The notes below the pieces were generated by a model that made no database searches, had not been told where the DNA came from, and worked only from the letters and a program-made list of their open reading frames with translations. From Octopus vulgaris (lineage: Eukaryota): a stretch of DNA of 64,000 bases. Shown here one piece after another: positions 26,867 to 39,014 of this stretch (positions are counted from its first letter, which is position 1; each line of letters opens with the position of its first letter). A program made the translations under genes and the position numbers. The stretch is taken from assembly GCA_951406725.2 (NCBI GenBank), contig OX597827.1, forward strand, positions 61,752,001 through 61,816,000, read 5' to 3'.

Positions 26867-27726
26867 GTAAATTATATATTGCTTCCCATATTCTAGATTG
26901 TTGTTAGACTTGTAGATTTTTCCAGATTATTTGTTCGATAATTTTAGATTAAATTTTCTATTTTCAATCATTGGTTGCACTCTTGCTGTAAGAGTTTTTA
27001 TCGATTATATCGACCCCAGCCTTTTTCTCTGGTAATTATTTCATCGACCTCGGAAGAAGGAAAAGCAAAGCTGACCTGAACTGGATTTGAACTTGGGATA
27101 TATTGGCATTCTCCCGATTCTGCAATCCGCGCGCACTTTGTCTATCTAACCCGATTTTCATTTGTTTAAAATATCACCCATAAAGCTTCGGTGGAAAATT
27201 GCCAGGCTGTGGGGTCAGTACCAGAAACAAAAATGATAGCAAAGTGGATTTAACTACGCGATTATGTCTAAACTTGATTCTCTCGTGGTGTTTACTTTTT
27301 GTCTAGGTTATGTTTTAAAGTCCATTAAAAAAATTTTTTTTTTATTGGGTGTTATAGTGTTTTCCATCGAGTCACTTTTAATCAGAACTTATTTATCAAT
27401 GAGGAGTTGATTTCCCAACTGCTAGTTATCGAACTAGGCCAACCCTTCACTTTAGGACTATATCAGACTACATACATATCTAGTGTGTCCTGTGCTTATG
27501 TAAGGAAGAGTGTGACCTGAAGGGGATTTAGCTATTTCTCGCTAGCCAAGAAAACCGCGTACAAGTTCCCTTTTGGCTCGATCGATGTATTTCAGCGTAT
27601 TGTTGTTTCCTCCGATAAAAATTCAGGGCTTTTTTTTCTTTCTTTTTTTTAGCCACCGGTGGAATTTCTATGGAGGGCTTTTGATCTTTTAAAATAGCAG
27701 CTAAATCGCCTTCAAATCACTCTACT

Positions 27727-27970
27727 GGTATCTTGTTATATTTCTTTTAACCATCTGGGATTTTTCAAATTTTCACCAGGTTGTTTTCAAAAAATGTAAT
27801 TCTGATGTAGTTTTTGCATGCTGTTGCCGAAAATGGGGTTCAGTTTTTTTTTTCTTTTGAAATTTACAAAGAACTTACAAGTTCAGTTTATTTTCAAAAA
27901 CTGAGTTTAAAAAAAAATGTTCTGGTAAAAATTTGAAATACAAGTGGTTGAAAGAAATTTAACAAAATCT
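27727..27970. mobile_element. Old MITE with GGATCTTGTTAAATTTCTTTCAAC-type TIRs
   Basis: GGTATCTTGTTATATTTCTTTTAACCA ... TGGTTGAAAGAAATTTAACAAAATCT. No clear TSD. Confidence 0.6.
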
Positions 27971-28347
27971 CTATACAGTCTTAACGAAAGGACATTAGAT
28001 ATTGCAAAAAAAAAAAAAAAAAGGGTGGGTGGGTGGATAGGTGATTTTGTTACTGCTGGAATGTCTTTGATCATAGATTTGCTTCAGTTATGGTTGACCT
28101 GGCACTAATCAACAACAACAACAACGGCAGCTTTTAAGTGTGTTTGCTGTGAAAACGAAGCACCGACTTCTCTCCTTTCGATTGTTTGGTTCCTTAATCG
28201 GCTGAGAAAACCCGCGCATTCGTAGACATGCGCGCGCATGTATATGTTAACCCAGTGCACAAGAACTAAGATAATTCGTTGGAGTTGGTTAAAATCTATA
28301 TTATTTAGTTACAGTCTATGCGTATGTAAGACTTTAAATAAATATTA

Positions 28348-28537
28348 GGATCTTGTGAAAGATTTCTTCCAAGCCATTTGAAGTTTTCCAAATTTTCTTC
28401 ACTGGTGTAACATTCTTTATTGTTAATTTCTAGAAATAATGAATGCGATTTTCGGCATCAGCATGCAAAAAGTACATTTAAAAAAAAAAATAATCTGGTG
28501 AATATTTGAAATAGTTGAAAGAAATTTAACAAGATCC
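28348..28537. mobile_element. Second old MITE of the same family
   Basis: GGATCTTGTGAAAGATTTCTTCCAA ... TTGAAAGAAATTTAACAAGATCC. The interior resembles the reverse complement of 27727-27970. Confidence 0.6.
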
Positions 28538-30978
28538 AAACTCCGCCCTATAGGATTTTCCCCCCGCTTCGTTTAGAATTCACAGCTCAGTGCGCTGTGG
28601 TGCAGCTATTGTAACTGCGTTCACCAGGTGAACTGTGGGTTCAAGTCTAGCTACATGCACTTTTTTTCGATATAAAAAAAATAAGGCTGTTGATACAGTG
28701 TTAAGAATCATTAAAACGTTACCAGCATAGTTGTACAATAGCAGGAAAATATTATAGAAAAATTTGCCATTGATTTTGTATCATTGGAAGAAATTTAACA
28801 TGATTCTAGAGTTCGAAACAACTTTTACCTTTTCTCCCCCCTCCCTCCCAAAAAGTCGGAAGATTTCTTGGAAAAAAAAGAAAAAGGTCTTCCAAAATTT
28901 CAATTTTTGCTCCTATCCCTTTTTGTAATTTTTCCACTTTTAACCTGCTTTGATTTTTTTTTTTCATCCCCGGATGTTTGAAACATCAGATTGCGAATTT
29001 GTTTCCGCCCACTTGTTCCACTTGTTTCTCCTACACACACCCCGCGCTGCTTCTCCGTTTTTTATTAACGTGGTTAACATTCTCGTTTCTTTACGTTGTA
29101 GGTTAAAATTCCACTGAAGTCCACACTTTGCTTCTCTTCCTTTCGGGGGTTGACAACATAAAAGTAATACACAATGTACTGAGGTGGTGGGTGGGTGGTA
29201 GTGGGTTAACCCACTTCTCTTAAAATTGCTGGGCCTTACTGCTTAAATTAGAAACCATTATTACGGTGACAAATTTTTCGATGGAAAGGGGTAAAAAAAA
29301 AATTAAATGAAATAAACAAAACAAACAAGCAAAAATACTCAGAAATCAGAACAAATTTGTTGAAAAAAAAAATGCAAACGATGTGGAGGAGTTTTCGAAA
29401 TAATACTGGAATTTTTGTGGTTAGTGCTACTTACTTATTGGAGTCATCTTGTCTTTGTGAACAGCCGAAATGTAAACGAAGCCAACTAAGGGGTCTCTAG
29501 GTGTTTACTTGATCTGCTAGAAATAGCAAGTTAAATTTTCTCTCGTATTGAACTATATCTCATATCTTGACCTTTTTATTAGCATGTTTCTGCTCAAATG
29601 TTTTGGAAATAATGAAGTATTTAATAAAATAATTTTGTCATTATTAAGCAGATGTATGAACAAGAAGTTTCTGCTATAAACTAAGGATGGGTCTTGGGTG
29701 GGTTGGTATCAAAAGTGTAAAACAGTTGGAAGGAGACCTTATATGATGTAGTCCTAGACTACATTATGGGATGGTCAGTCTTGGAATGTCTGCTCCATTA
29801 GAGCTTGATCTAGGACTAAATAACAACACTAACATAAGTTTAGAACGTGAACACAAACATGTTAGGTATACAATTTTAACACCCACACTTATATATACAA
29901 TTTATACAGCTTAATACACTTACTCATATTTGTTTATAAATTGGAAGCTGGGTCTGTGATCTTGTTTGTTTAAGAAGAAAGCTAGGTGTAATCTAATTTC
30001 TTAAAGGGGGAGCTGGGTGTGATCTAGTTAGCATTTCTTACAAATTGGCAAACTTGATAGTGTTGATTGCCTTGTGGTATTTGTTCAAGCTCTCTGCACT
30101 TTTTCAGATCATACTTTGGTCGGCTTTACCTTTCATGCTTTCAAGGTCAGCTTTGACTTTCATTCTTTCCAGACCGGCTTTGCTTTTTACCATTTCAGGG
30201 TCAATAAAATAGCAGTCCTATATACGGTTGATTCTTTTCCTTCTGCATGTCACTCCTTCATTTGCTTTCTCTCTGGAGAAAATCAACGGTAGTCAACTTG
30301 GAGAGGGATGAAGTCTACCAAGTTTAAAATGTCCAAGACATGTTGTCATGATTGCAACCCTACAACTCTGTCAGGAGTTAAGGATTCAGATAAGGAATAT
30401 TGCTATACTGACATGTAGCCTTATGCCTCTTTCTAACCAGAACACTGCACAGTACAGCTTGCTGATGTCTGACTGTTGTCAGCGGAAATAATAGAAGAGG
30501 TTGTGAAGGAAAAAAAACTTCTGGAAATCAGCCGTTGAGAAGCTTGTTTTGTACTCATGAGATCTCCGGTTTATTCCCATTGTGCAGCATTACCATAGCT
30601 TATCGTCATGCTATGCCTTGTGAGTGAAATTGGTTTGATGGAAACTGATTGGGGGCTTATTGGATGGATTGTACCTGTAATACTTAAGCTACAGCCTTGT
30701 CATGTACACTGTCTCATGCTTATTCTGCCGGAGAATTACATTAAGAGTGTGCAGGTCTGTAGGATATGAGACCACGCCTAGTTTATGACAGAAGCTTCTT
30801 GTTCTTAAGCAGTGCGCTGCAGCCGGTATGTTGTGGCACACTGGTCTTCCATGAGATGATGTTAGGTGTGTTGCAGTGTAACCTGAATATAATTGTTAGT
30901 CATTAGTTGGGCTGATAGTTTGGCTGATTAAACAACTGAATACTCATGATTTTCATTAGAAATATCAGCATTGATATA

Positions 30979-31367
30979 GGCACAGGAGTGGCTGTGTGGT
31001 AAGTAGCTTGCTTACCAACCACATGATTCCCACTGTGTGACTGTGTGGCACCTTGGGCAAGTGTCTTCTACTATATAGTCTCGGGCCGACCAATGCCTTG
31101 TGAGTGGATTTGGTCGACGGAAACTGAAAGAAGCCTGTCGTATATATGTATGTGTGTGTGTATATGTTTATGTGTCTGTGTTTGCCCCCCCAACATCGCT
31201 TGACAACCGATGCTGGTTTGTTTACGTCCCTGTAACTTAGCAGTTTGGCAAAAGAGGCCGATAGAATAACTACTAGGCTTAGAAAAAATAAGTCCTGGGG
31301 TCGATTTGCTCGACTAAAGGCGGTGCTCCAGCATGGCCGCAGTCAATGACTGAAACAAATAAAAGAG
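30979..31367 (+). mobile_element. SINE family A
   Basis: Full-length match to family A. Confidence 0.9.
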
Positions 31368-33292
31368 AGGTATAGTAACAAAAGGTATTCTATTGGTCTC
31401 TTTTGCTGAACTGGTAAGACATTGGGATATAAATAAATCACCACAGGTTGTCAAATGGTTAGGGAAACAAACACAAAAGCACACATGCCATGTATATATA
31501 TGATGAGCTTCCTCACTCTCCATCTATCAAAATCAATCACAAGGCGTTGGTCTGCCCAAGGTACTGCTCAGTGGGACTGAACCTGAAACCTCAGGGTTGC
31601 AAAGCGAGCTTATTAACCACACAGTCATTTCTGTGCCTGTAACTTGTTACAAAAATGTAATTGATAATCACTAAAGGGCATCCAGTTGTGGAAACCCTAC
31701 TAAAACAGACAATGGTACCTGGTGTGTCTCCTGGCCTTGCCAGACTGTCCAACCCATGCCAACATGGAAAAATGGACACTAAACAATGATGAAAATCTTG
31801 TAAACAATCTCTCATGTTTTCTTTCTCTCTCTCAATGTGTTTGTGTGTGTGTGTGTTTGTGTGTGTGTGTTTCAATGCTTCTGTTTTGCAGTGTTTTTCA
31901 GTTGCTTTTAGATTTTTGAAACTAATTATGTATATTCTGAATTGGAAAATTTTTTTGTATTCTGTTCTGTCTGGGGAGAATCATTCTCTTTTAGTGCCTT
32001 ATTATCTAACACACTCACTGGTAAAGTTTCCACTCATTTACTTATTTATTTTTCCTAAAATTTTTGTTGCGTCTTGCAACCTTTTCAATAGTCATTGACT
32101 CTGCCCGTTATCTGTTTTTGTATTCATTAAATTCTTTGCTAAAAATCCTTTGCACAAAGAAATATTGTCTATTGTGACATTATATTTCTGATAGTTTTAT
32201 TTGCGTATGTAAGAGTATATGTATGTTGATATATTTATATAAGGATCTGAAATGTAAGGAATACCATTATTTTGTATCAATATGCATACAACTACCTTCA
32301 GAAAGTAAACTAAGTAGATACACCACAGGATTTTGTATCACTTTGTGCACAAAAGGAGTTAATCTGACTAGTTTCTAGGTTTGCCATGTCTATAGAGCAA
32401 TTTAATTTTTATATCTATTTATAGTGTGTACAAAGTTGGATCCCATGAGATTAATTTGTCTGATTTGCATAACAGTGTGCACACTGGCACTGGATTTTCT
32501 TTTTTTGGTAATTGTAAACATTATCAGGGCATGTGTTTGCTTGAATGCTGTCTTGTGTAGAGTATAAAATCTATGGTTTCAGTTGGGTCATGCTTTGGTA
32601 TCCAGTAGGAAAGTGTAATGATGGTTGTTCTATTGAGGAGATACCTGAGGACTCTACCCCCATTCCCTTTCTGGAATATGGGTAGTGAAAAAAAAAAATA
32701 TATATATAGGGCTGGGTGGTTAGAATGTCACAAGAAAGGATTGCAAAATAGATTTCTCAAGCTGAGCCGACTGGCAGGAGACCGTGAGCAAGATGGCTGG
32801 ATAATATCCATAGTCTTAGTTTGGTCATGCTTGGGAATCCAGTAAGAAACGGTAATGATGGTGTCTGAAGACTCTTTCCCATTGAGCCTCTTAGGAATGG
32901 TAGGTGGCAAAAATTGATGGCTGGAGCATATCTAAAGATTTTGGTTAACATTGTGTGCAACCACCTTTCCTTAACTGCCAGACTGGCCCTCGTGCAGGTG
33001 GCACGTCAAAGCACCCACTGCACTCTCGGAGTGGTTGGCGTTATGAAGGGCATCCGGCTGTGGAAGCTCTGCCAGATCCGATTGAAGCCTGGCACAACCA
33101 TCTGGTTCACCAGTCCTCAGTCAAATCGCCAAACCATGCTAGCATGGAAAGCAGGCGTTAAAGGATGATGATAATGATGATGAATCTGGAACGGAAAATG
33201 AGACCAGCCATTTTCATTCCTTAACTCTCCAAAGACACTATTACTAAAAGTTTAAGTAAATCAAATGAATTGATTTGGTAGTGTTGTTGTTA

Positions 33293-33695
33293 AGGTGGCA
33301 AGCTGGCAGAATCGTTTGCAAGCCAGACAAAATACTTAGCATTTTATGTTCTGAGTTCAAATCCTGCTGAGGTCAACTTTTCCTTTCATCCTTTGGGGGT
33401 CGATAAAATAAGTACTAGCTGAGCACTGGGGTCGATGTAATCGATTTACACCCTCTTTCGAAATTGCTGGCCTTGTGCCAATATTTGAAATCATTATTAT
33501 TATTATAGTGCGCCGGACCAGATGCTTAGCAACATTTATTCCGGCTTTATGTTTCGAGTTCAAATTCTGCCGACGTCAACTTTGCTTTTCATCCTTTCGA
33601 GGTCGATGAAATAAGTACTAGTTGATCACTGGGATCGATGCAGTCGACTAACCCCCTCTCCCGAAATTTCAGGCTTTGTTCCTTTGATAGAAAGA
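33293..33695 (+). mobile_element. Two tandem family B-related SINE copies
   Basis: Two successive GAGTTCAAAT..GTCAACTTT..CTTTCATCCTTT..GGTCGAT..AATAAGTACTAG units. Confidence 0.8.
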
Positions 33696-33989
33696 GTTCT
33701 GTGTCTATAATGCGTTAGACGTGTGTAGCAGTTGGTTTTAATCTCACTATTAATTTCCGGCTGTTAATATGGAAAAATAACAATGGCATTTATGGCTAAA
33801 TCAAGTACTTGACTGGTAACATATTCTAAACGAGTCCAGTTGGACGAAAGAAACCGACTCTTAAGTTCTGAACGCAAAACAACGAGACGGTTTCTCCGGA
33901 GCTTTACCGATTCTGCATTCCGCTGACACTAATTAATAATGCTAATTACTCGAGCCGACGAGGGAAATTTCTATGCGGTCGCTCGATCA

Positions 33990-34565
33990 GCTGGAAATAG
34001 CAGACAAAATTATTTCAAATAGCAACCCTAACCGTTTAAATAGAAAACACGTTAGACAATGATATACACATTAGAATGAGATGGTCATGTTTGGAATGCT
34101 AATCAGGGCTGACCCGTGGCGCTCACTTGCTAAAAATAGCAGACAAATTTATTTCAAATTGCAACCCTAACCGTTTAAATAGAAAACACGTTGGACAGTG
34201 ATATACAAAAAGAACGAGATGGTCATGTTTGGAATGCCAATCAGGGCTGACCCGTGGCGCTCACTTGCTAAAAATAGCAGACAAATCTATTTCAAATAGC
34301 AACCCTAACCGTTTAAATAGAAAACACGTTGGACAGTGATATACAAAAAGAACGAGATGGTCACGTTTGGAATGCTATGCTAATCAGGGCTGACCCGTGG
34401 CGCTCACTTGCTAAAAACAGCAGACAAATTTATTTCAAATAGCAACCCTAATCGCTTAAAAAAACAGCAAAAAATAAACCAAACGTCAGCCAGGGATATA
34501 CAAAAATGACAAGATGGTCATGTTTGGAAATGCCTTTGCTCGATCAGGACTGACTTATGGCTAAA
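33990..34565. repeat. Tandem repeat, ~4 copies of a ~139-bp unit
   Basis: AA(T/C)AGCAGACAAA recurs at 33996, 34135, 34273 and 34416. The unit includes GCAACCCTAACCGTTTAAATAGAAAACACGTT and ATCAGGGCTGACCCGTGGCGCTCACTTGC. Confidence 0.92.
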
Positions 34566-34729
34566 CATCATCAGCATAATACTATTACTAATGCCTGGCA
34601 TAGTGCATCAGTTTGAAAACTATGTCGATAAGTCATTGACCTGCACAGATCGTCGCACACCAATTTCCCCATCTAAAGTAAACTTGTTTCCCTCCTTCCA
34701 AAAGACTCTAGCAGACAGGCGACTACGAC

Positions 34730-35820
34730 TACCTCCCCTTCTTTCTTTTGTTTTTTTCTTCTTGCAGGTTTTTCATATTCGTTTCTGTTCTAATTTTCTA
34801 ATTTTTCTTTCTCACTCCTATATAATATATAAATGTCTCTTTTAGTCTTCGTTCTGCCTTTTCAGCCACTTTCTCTAAATGTTTTTTTAATTTTATTCTT
34901 TCGCTTTTCTTCTACCCACTTTTCTGTCTGTTTCAACTATCTCTTCTTGTTCCATCTCCTTTCTCTCCTCCTCCTCTTGTGCCTCTTACCTCCTCCTCCT
35001 CCCCATCCCCCGCCATCTGTCTCTTTCACCCCTCCTCCTCTCTTGTGTCCTCTTCTCCGCTTTCCTATCCATCGTCCTTCGATCTCTACTCTCTTTATTC
35101 TTCCTTTGTCAATTGTCCTTTTTATTCCTTCTTTCTATTTCTCTTTCCCTTTTCCCTTAGATTTTCATCTTTTTACAGACCCCCTTTTTGTACTTTTCCC
35201 CTGCATTCTTTTTCTTCAACTTCTCTTTGCTTTTTCTCCATATTTCACTCCTCTATTTCTCTCTTTTTATCTCCTTTTCCGACTCCACTCTCCTCTCAAT
35301 TTCTTTCTTCTCTTCATCACATTCCCTTCACCTTTTTAATTCTTTTCTCTACATTTCACACCTTCTGTCTTTTCATTTTCCAAAGTGTGATCGCTCGACC
35401 AGCCAGAAACAGCAGCTGAATATTCCCCAAAGCACATTCTGTCATCTTTGAAAGAGGGGAAGTTGCATGGAAAATGTAATCTTAAATATATTGTCTGAAA
35501 AGAAAATGGGATTGCCACGATTGGAAACCTTTGAGCATAGATCTGTCTCCTCGATCAAAGCTGATTTGGGGGTTAAACAATAACTTATTTTCCCTTGTTC
35601 CTGTTTGGCTTTCTTCCTCCCTTTTCTCTTTCATTTTTTCCCTTTGCTAATTTCTCTATCGTTCGCATCATCTTTTTCGCCTTCTCCCTTTTCACTTTCT
35701 TTTTTTTTTTTTCGTTTTACTTCACAATTTTCTCTGTCCCCCCTTTTTGCCCGTCTTTCCTTTCATTATCTTTCCCCTCATTTCTCTACTCCCCTCTTTC
35801 TATCCTTGTTTCTCTCTTTA
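34730..35820. repeat. Long pyrimidine-rich low-complexity tracts
   Basis: Overwhelmingly C/T on the + strand. The F/L/S/P-rich ORFs here are artefacts. Confidence 0.8.
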
Positions 35821-37075
35821 AATCATTAGGATAAATTATTAAAGAGATTACTCGTTTTTATTTTCAATGATTTGAAGAATCTGAAGGAAAGAAGAAGGAA
35901 AATATATATATTCCAATTAACCCATTGCCGCTTTAGGTGTAGTTTTTCATTCACTCATTCATAGCATATATCTGATATCTGTTCGTACGAATGTACTGCT
36001 TCAGCTGATGTAGATATTAAGGATTTTTTTTCTCTTTCCTTTATCTTCTTCCGTCTGTATTTCTTCCACCTTTTTAGAGGAAAACGGTTTGCAACTAACA
36101 TTTCTTCTCCTCTCTCTCTCTCTCTTTCAGTCTTTTTACTTTCTGTCGATATTTATGTGATCGATGAGATTTCAATAGGTTTAAAAAAAAAAAAAGCAAA
36201 AAAACTATTACATGGAGAGAGATAGAGAGAGAAGAGTAGGCGGTTGTGTGGTGCAAGAGGTGATGGCTGCACGTTAAGTAGTTCGCACTATACAATAATG
36301 ATCATGATGTTAGCAATAATGATGATGCTAATAAATCCTTTAGCTGCCACAAGGACAAACGAAGACATACTCACAAACTCCCCCCTCTCTGAAAAAAAAA
36401 CGCGGTTTATTTTAAAAACAATACTATACAAATAACTGTGCATGTGTGTGTATATATGAGTGCACGAAACACATACATAATAAAAATAATTTCAATACTA
36501 CGACTAATAGTAATAATGTAAATTCGATAATAATCCTTCATATGATGATATACTTGAAACTATTTGAGCTATTTATTGGTAAATGCACAGTGGGAAGTTA
36601 TGTTGGTCATGCATTTCCTCGCAACAGGCATTAGGGACTTTAATAAAGCTTTTACACTTTGATAGTAGATAAATATATAGTGTAAGTGCGTGTGTTTAAG
36701 ATTTACGCGCTCACAATTAAGCTTTGGGTTTAGTTAGGTGTGTTTAAGCGTGTGTAAGGATATGTGTGCACGTTTGCATCTATGTGTAATGTGTATGTAA
36801 TATGGTTGTGTGTGTGTGTGTGTGAGCGTGCACACGCACGCACGCGCACATACGTGCCTTCTTTCTCTTTGGCGACGGAGTGTTTGTTTGAAGCTGCTGG
36901 TTGTGATTGTGATGATGGAAGGGCGGATGGATATCAGTCTGTTTCTTTGTAAGCGTGTGTTTGTATGTGTGTGCGCGCTTCTGTGCGCGTGCCTGTGCAT
37001 TTCTTCATCCTTTCTCTCAGGCGACGTGACGAGAGAGAGAGAGACAGAGACAGAGAAGGAGGATGGGTGACGGTG

Positions 37076-37206
37076 ATGCTGGAGGTTTCATCACTGAATA
37101 TTATAAAACTACTATGCAGTCTCCTTTTAACTGTTGCATCACTTGCCACTGCTTTTTCGCCCATTTTACAAATCAGAACCAGCATTGCAAAAAGCAGCCG
37201 ATTTAG
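37076..37206 (+). CDS. Candidate first coding exon with signal-peptide-like N-terminus (MLEVSSLNIIKLLCSLLLTVASLATAFSPILQIRTSIAKSSRF, phase 2)
   Basis: ATG after a CpG/GA-repeat promoter-like region, hydrophobic core with an A-T-A small-residue motif, then an AG|GTAGAT donor-like site. No homology recognised. Confidence 0.4.
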
Positions 37207-38817
37207 GTAGATAAGAATGGTTTGCTTGCCTGGATTGTCTATGTCGCGATTCGAAGTCGTCTGCCACGCTGCCGAGGTTCACAGACATTTTATTATTATT
37301 CTTATTTTTATCATTTCATTTTATCGTTGTTATTGTTGTGGTTTGATTAGCAGTTATTTGTCATTAAGCTGTTTGCTTTTTTTTCTTAAATTTTGTTATA
37401 TGGAATTAAGGGTTTCGGTATCAATTAACAGATCCTTCACAATAGTTGTTTATTGTTATAATTAACCAAATAAATATGCACAAAATCCTTTATAATAATT
37501 TAGGAATCTTTACATGTTAATATTAGCTGTAATTGTTTATATTTTTGAAGTTTGTTATATCGAAATAATTAATGATGATAACGATAACAGGAATTATTTC
37601 TGGATCGCTGCATTGTGCTTGTATGCTCAAGAGAAATAATTGCGCTTTTCTTGCATGAACGATTTATTCACACCTCATTAGGCCCGAGCTTTTAATATTT
37701 TCATCCAAGTCACCTTAGATATTCTAAGGTGTCATTTTATTTGTTTTCTTGTGTAAATGACAACAGAACACTGAAGTTTGCTTGAATCGGCGTATACATA
37801 CCTCCTTAAAGTGTTTCGGAAAACGTATGAAGACTTTTAAAAAAATCATAATAAACCGCTTATTAGTAAAAGATCGCCTAACATTACAGATTAGTCTTTA
37901 TTCTGATATTTTTTTTTATATGTTTGAAATTAATGTTTAATAAATACGATTCTGCATTTTTGAAACTAGGGTTACATGTATCACTGATTTTATGGTTTTT
38001 AGAAACCCGTGACTAAGGTTAATGTGTCATTTTTTTCTCTTGTTAAATTTCATTTTAACTGTTTAAATTTACCTTCAGCAATGTATTAAGTCTCGATAAG
38101 CCCGGCTGCACCACATCACCTAATATATGTATATATCTATATATATGAAGCAAAAGCCAATAAAATAAAAAGGCTTTATGCAACATTAGTTGAGAAGAAA
38201 TCCTTATTTTGCGTGTTGGTTGTGCAGCAGTAAACTTGACGACTCTGCGATCCAGCTTTTGCTAATCCTAGTCAAAACCTGTCTTCAGTCAGAGAAGCCT
38301 TTTGGCAAATCGCCGAATGCTACAATTTTGCCATTTTCCTCTCATCTAAGAATGCGAGACTTCACGCCTATTTAGAAAGAAAACAAATATACTTGCTACT
38401 ATTAGAACTACCAAGAAAAAGAAAAAAAACAATCCAAACAAAAAACAACCCTGCTAATATAAATTTTTCGATTAGTTCTAACTACTTCCGTTACTAACCA
38501 CTACTATTTATTTCTACTTTTAGTAGCAGTATTATTATTACTATTAACTAATGCAATTACCACTGCTGCTGGTTTAGACGATACCACCGACTCCACCTCC
38601 TGTTGCATTTTAAAGTTGCCTTTGGCTTTCTCCCTCCATCTTCCATTCAGGTCTTGAATGATGTGAGAGTGGGGTACTTTACTAAGAAAAAAGGAAATTC
38701 TAGCCTTCTGTTACTGTATGGATTTTTGTTAAACGAAAACAATTCTTTTCAACAGTTCTAACGAAAAAAAAAAAAGAAAAGAAAGAAACCGGAAAACCTG
38801 TAACATGGTTTTGTTAA

Positions 38818-39014
38818 CCCTTTTGTTACCATATTTCAATTATTTTTTTTAAAAAACAATAGATTTAATAAAATAACTTTGTCTTTGTTATGCGGCTTTC
38901 GGAACAAAAATTAACACGCAATTTTGATAGGTTTTAATTTAAAACCATATTAAAATAAAGAATTTCGCATCATAAATCCAGGGTGTCGTCTCGGGCGAGT
39001 TGGTATCAAAAGGG
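38818..39014. mobile_element. piggyBac-type MITE
   Basis: TTAA|CCCTTTTGTTACC ... GGTATCAAAAGGG|TTAA. A degenerate relative lies at ~29568-29718. Confidence 0.85.

Noticed and set aside
33990-34565. Possible CRISPR-like array
   Set aside because: Whole units are repeated without unique spacers, the DNA is eukaryotic, and there are no cas genes.
34833-35834. Hydrophobic F/L/S/P-rich ORFs resembling membrane proteins (also 39274, 48084-48631, 50339)
   Set aside because: They arise from pyrimidine-rich low-complexity DNA that lacks stop codons.
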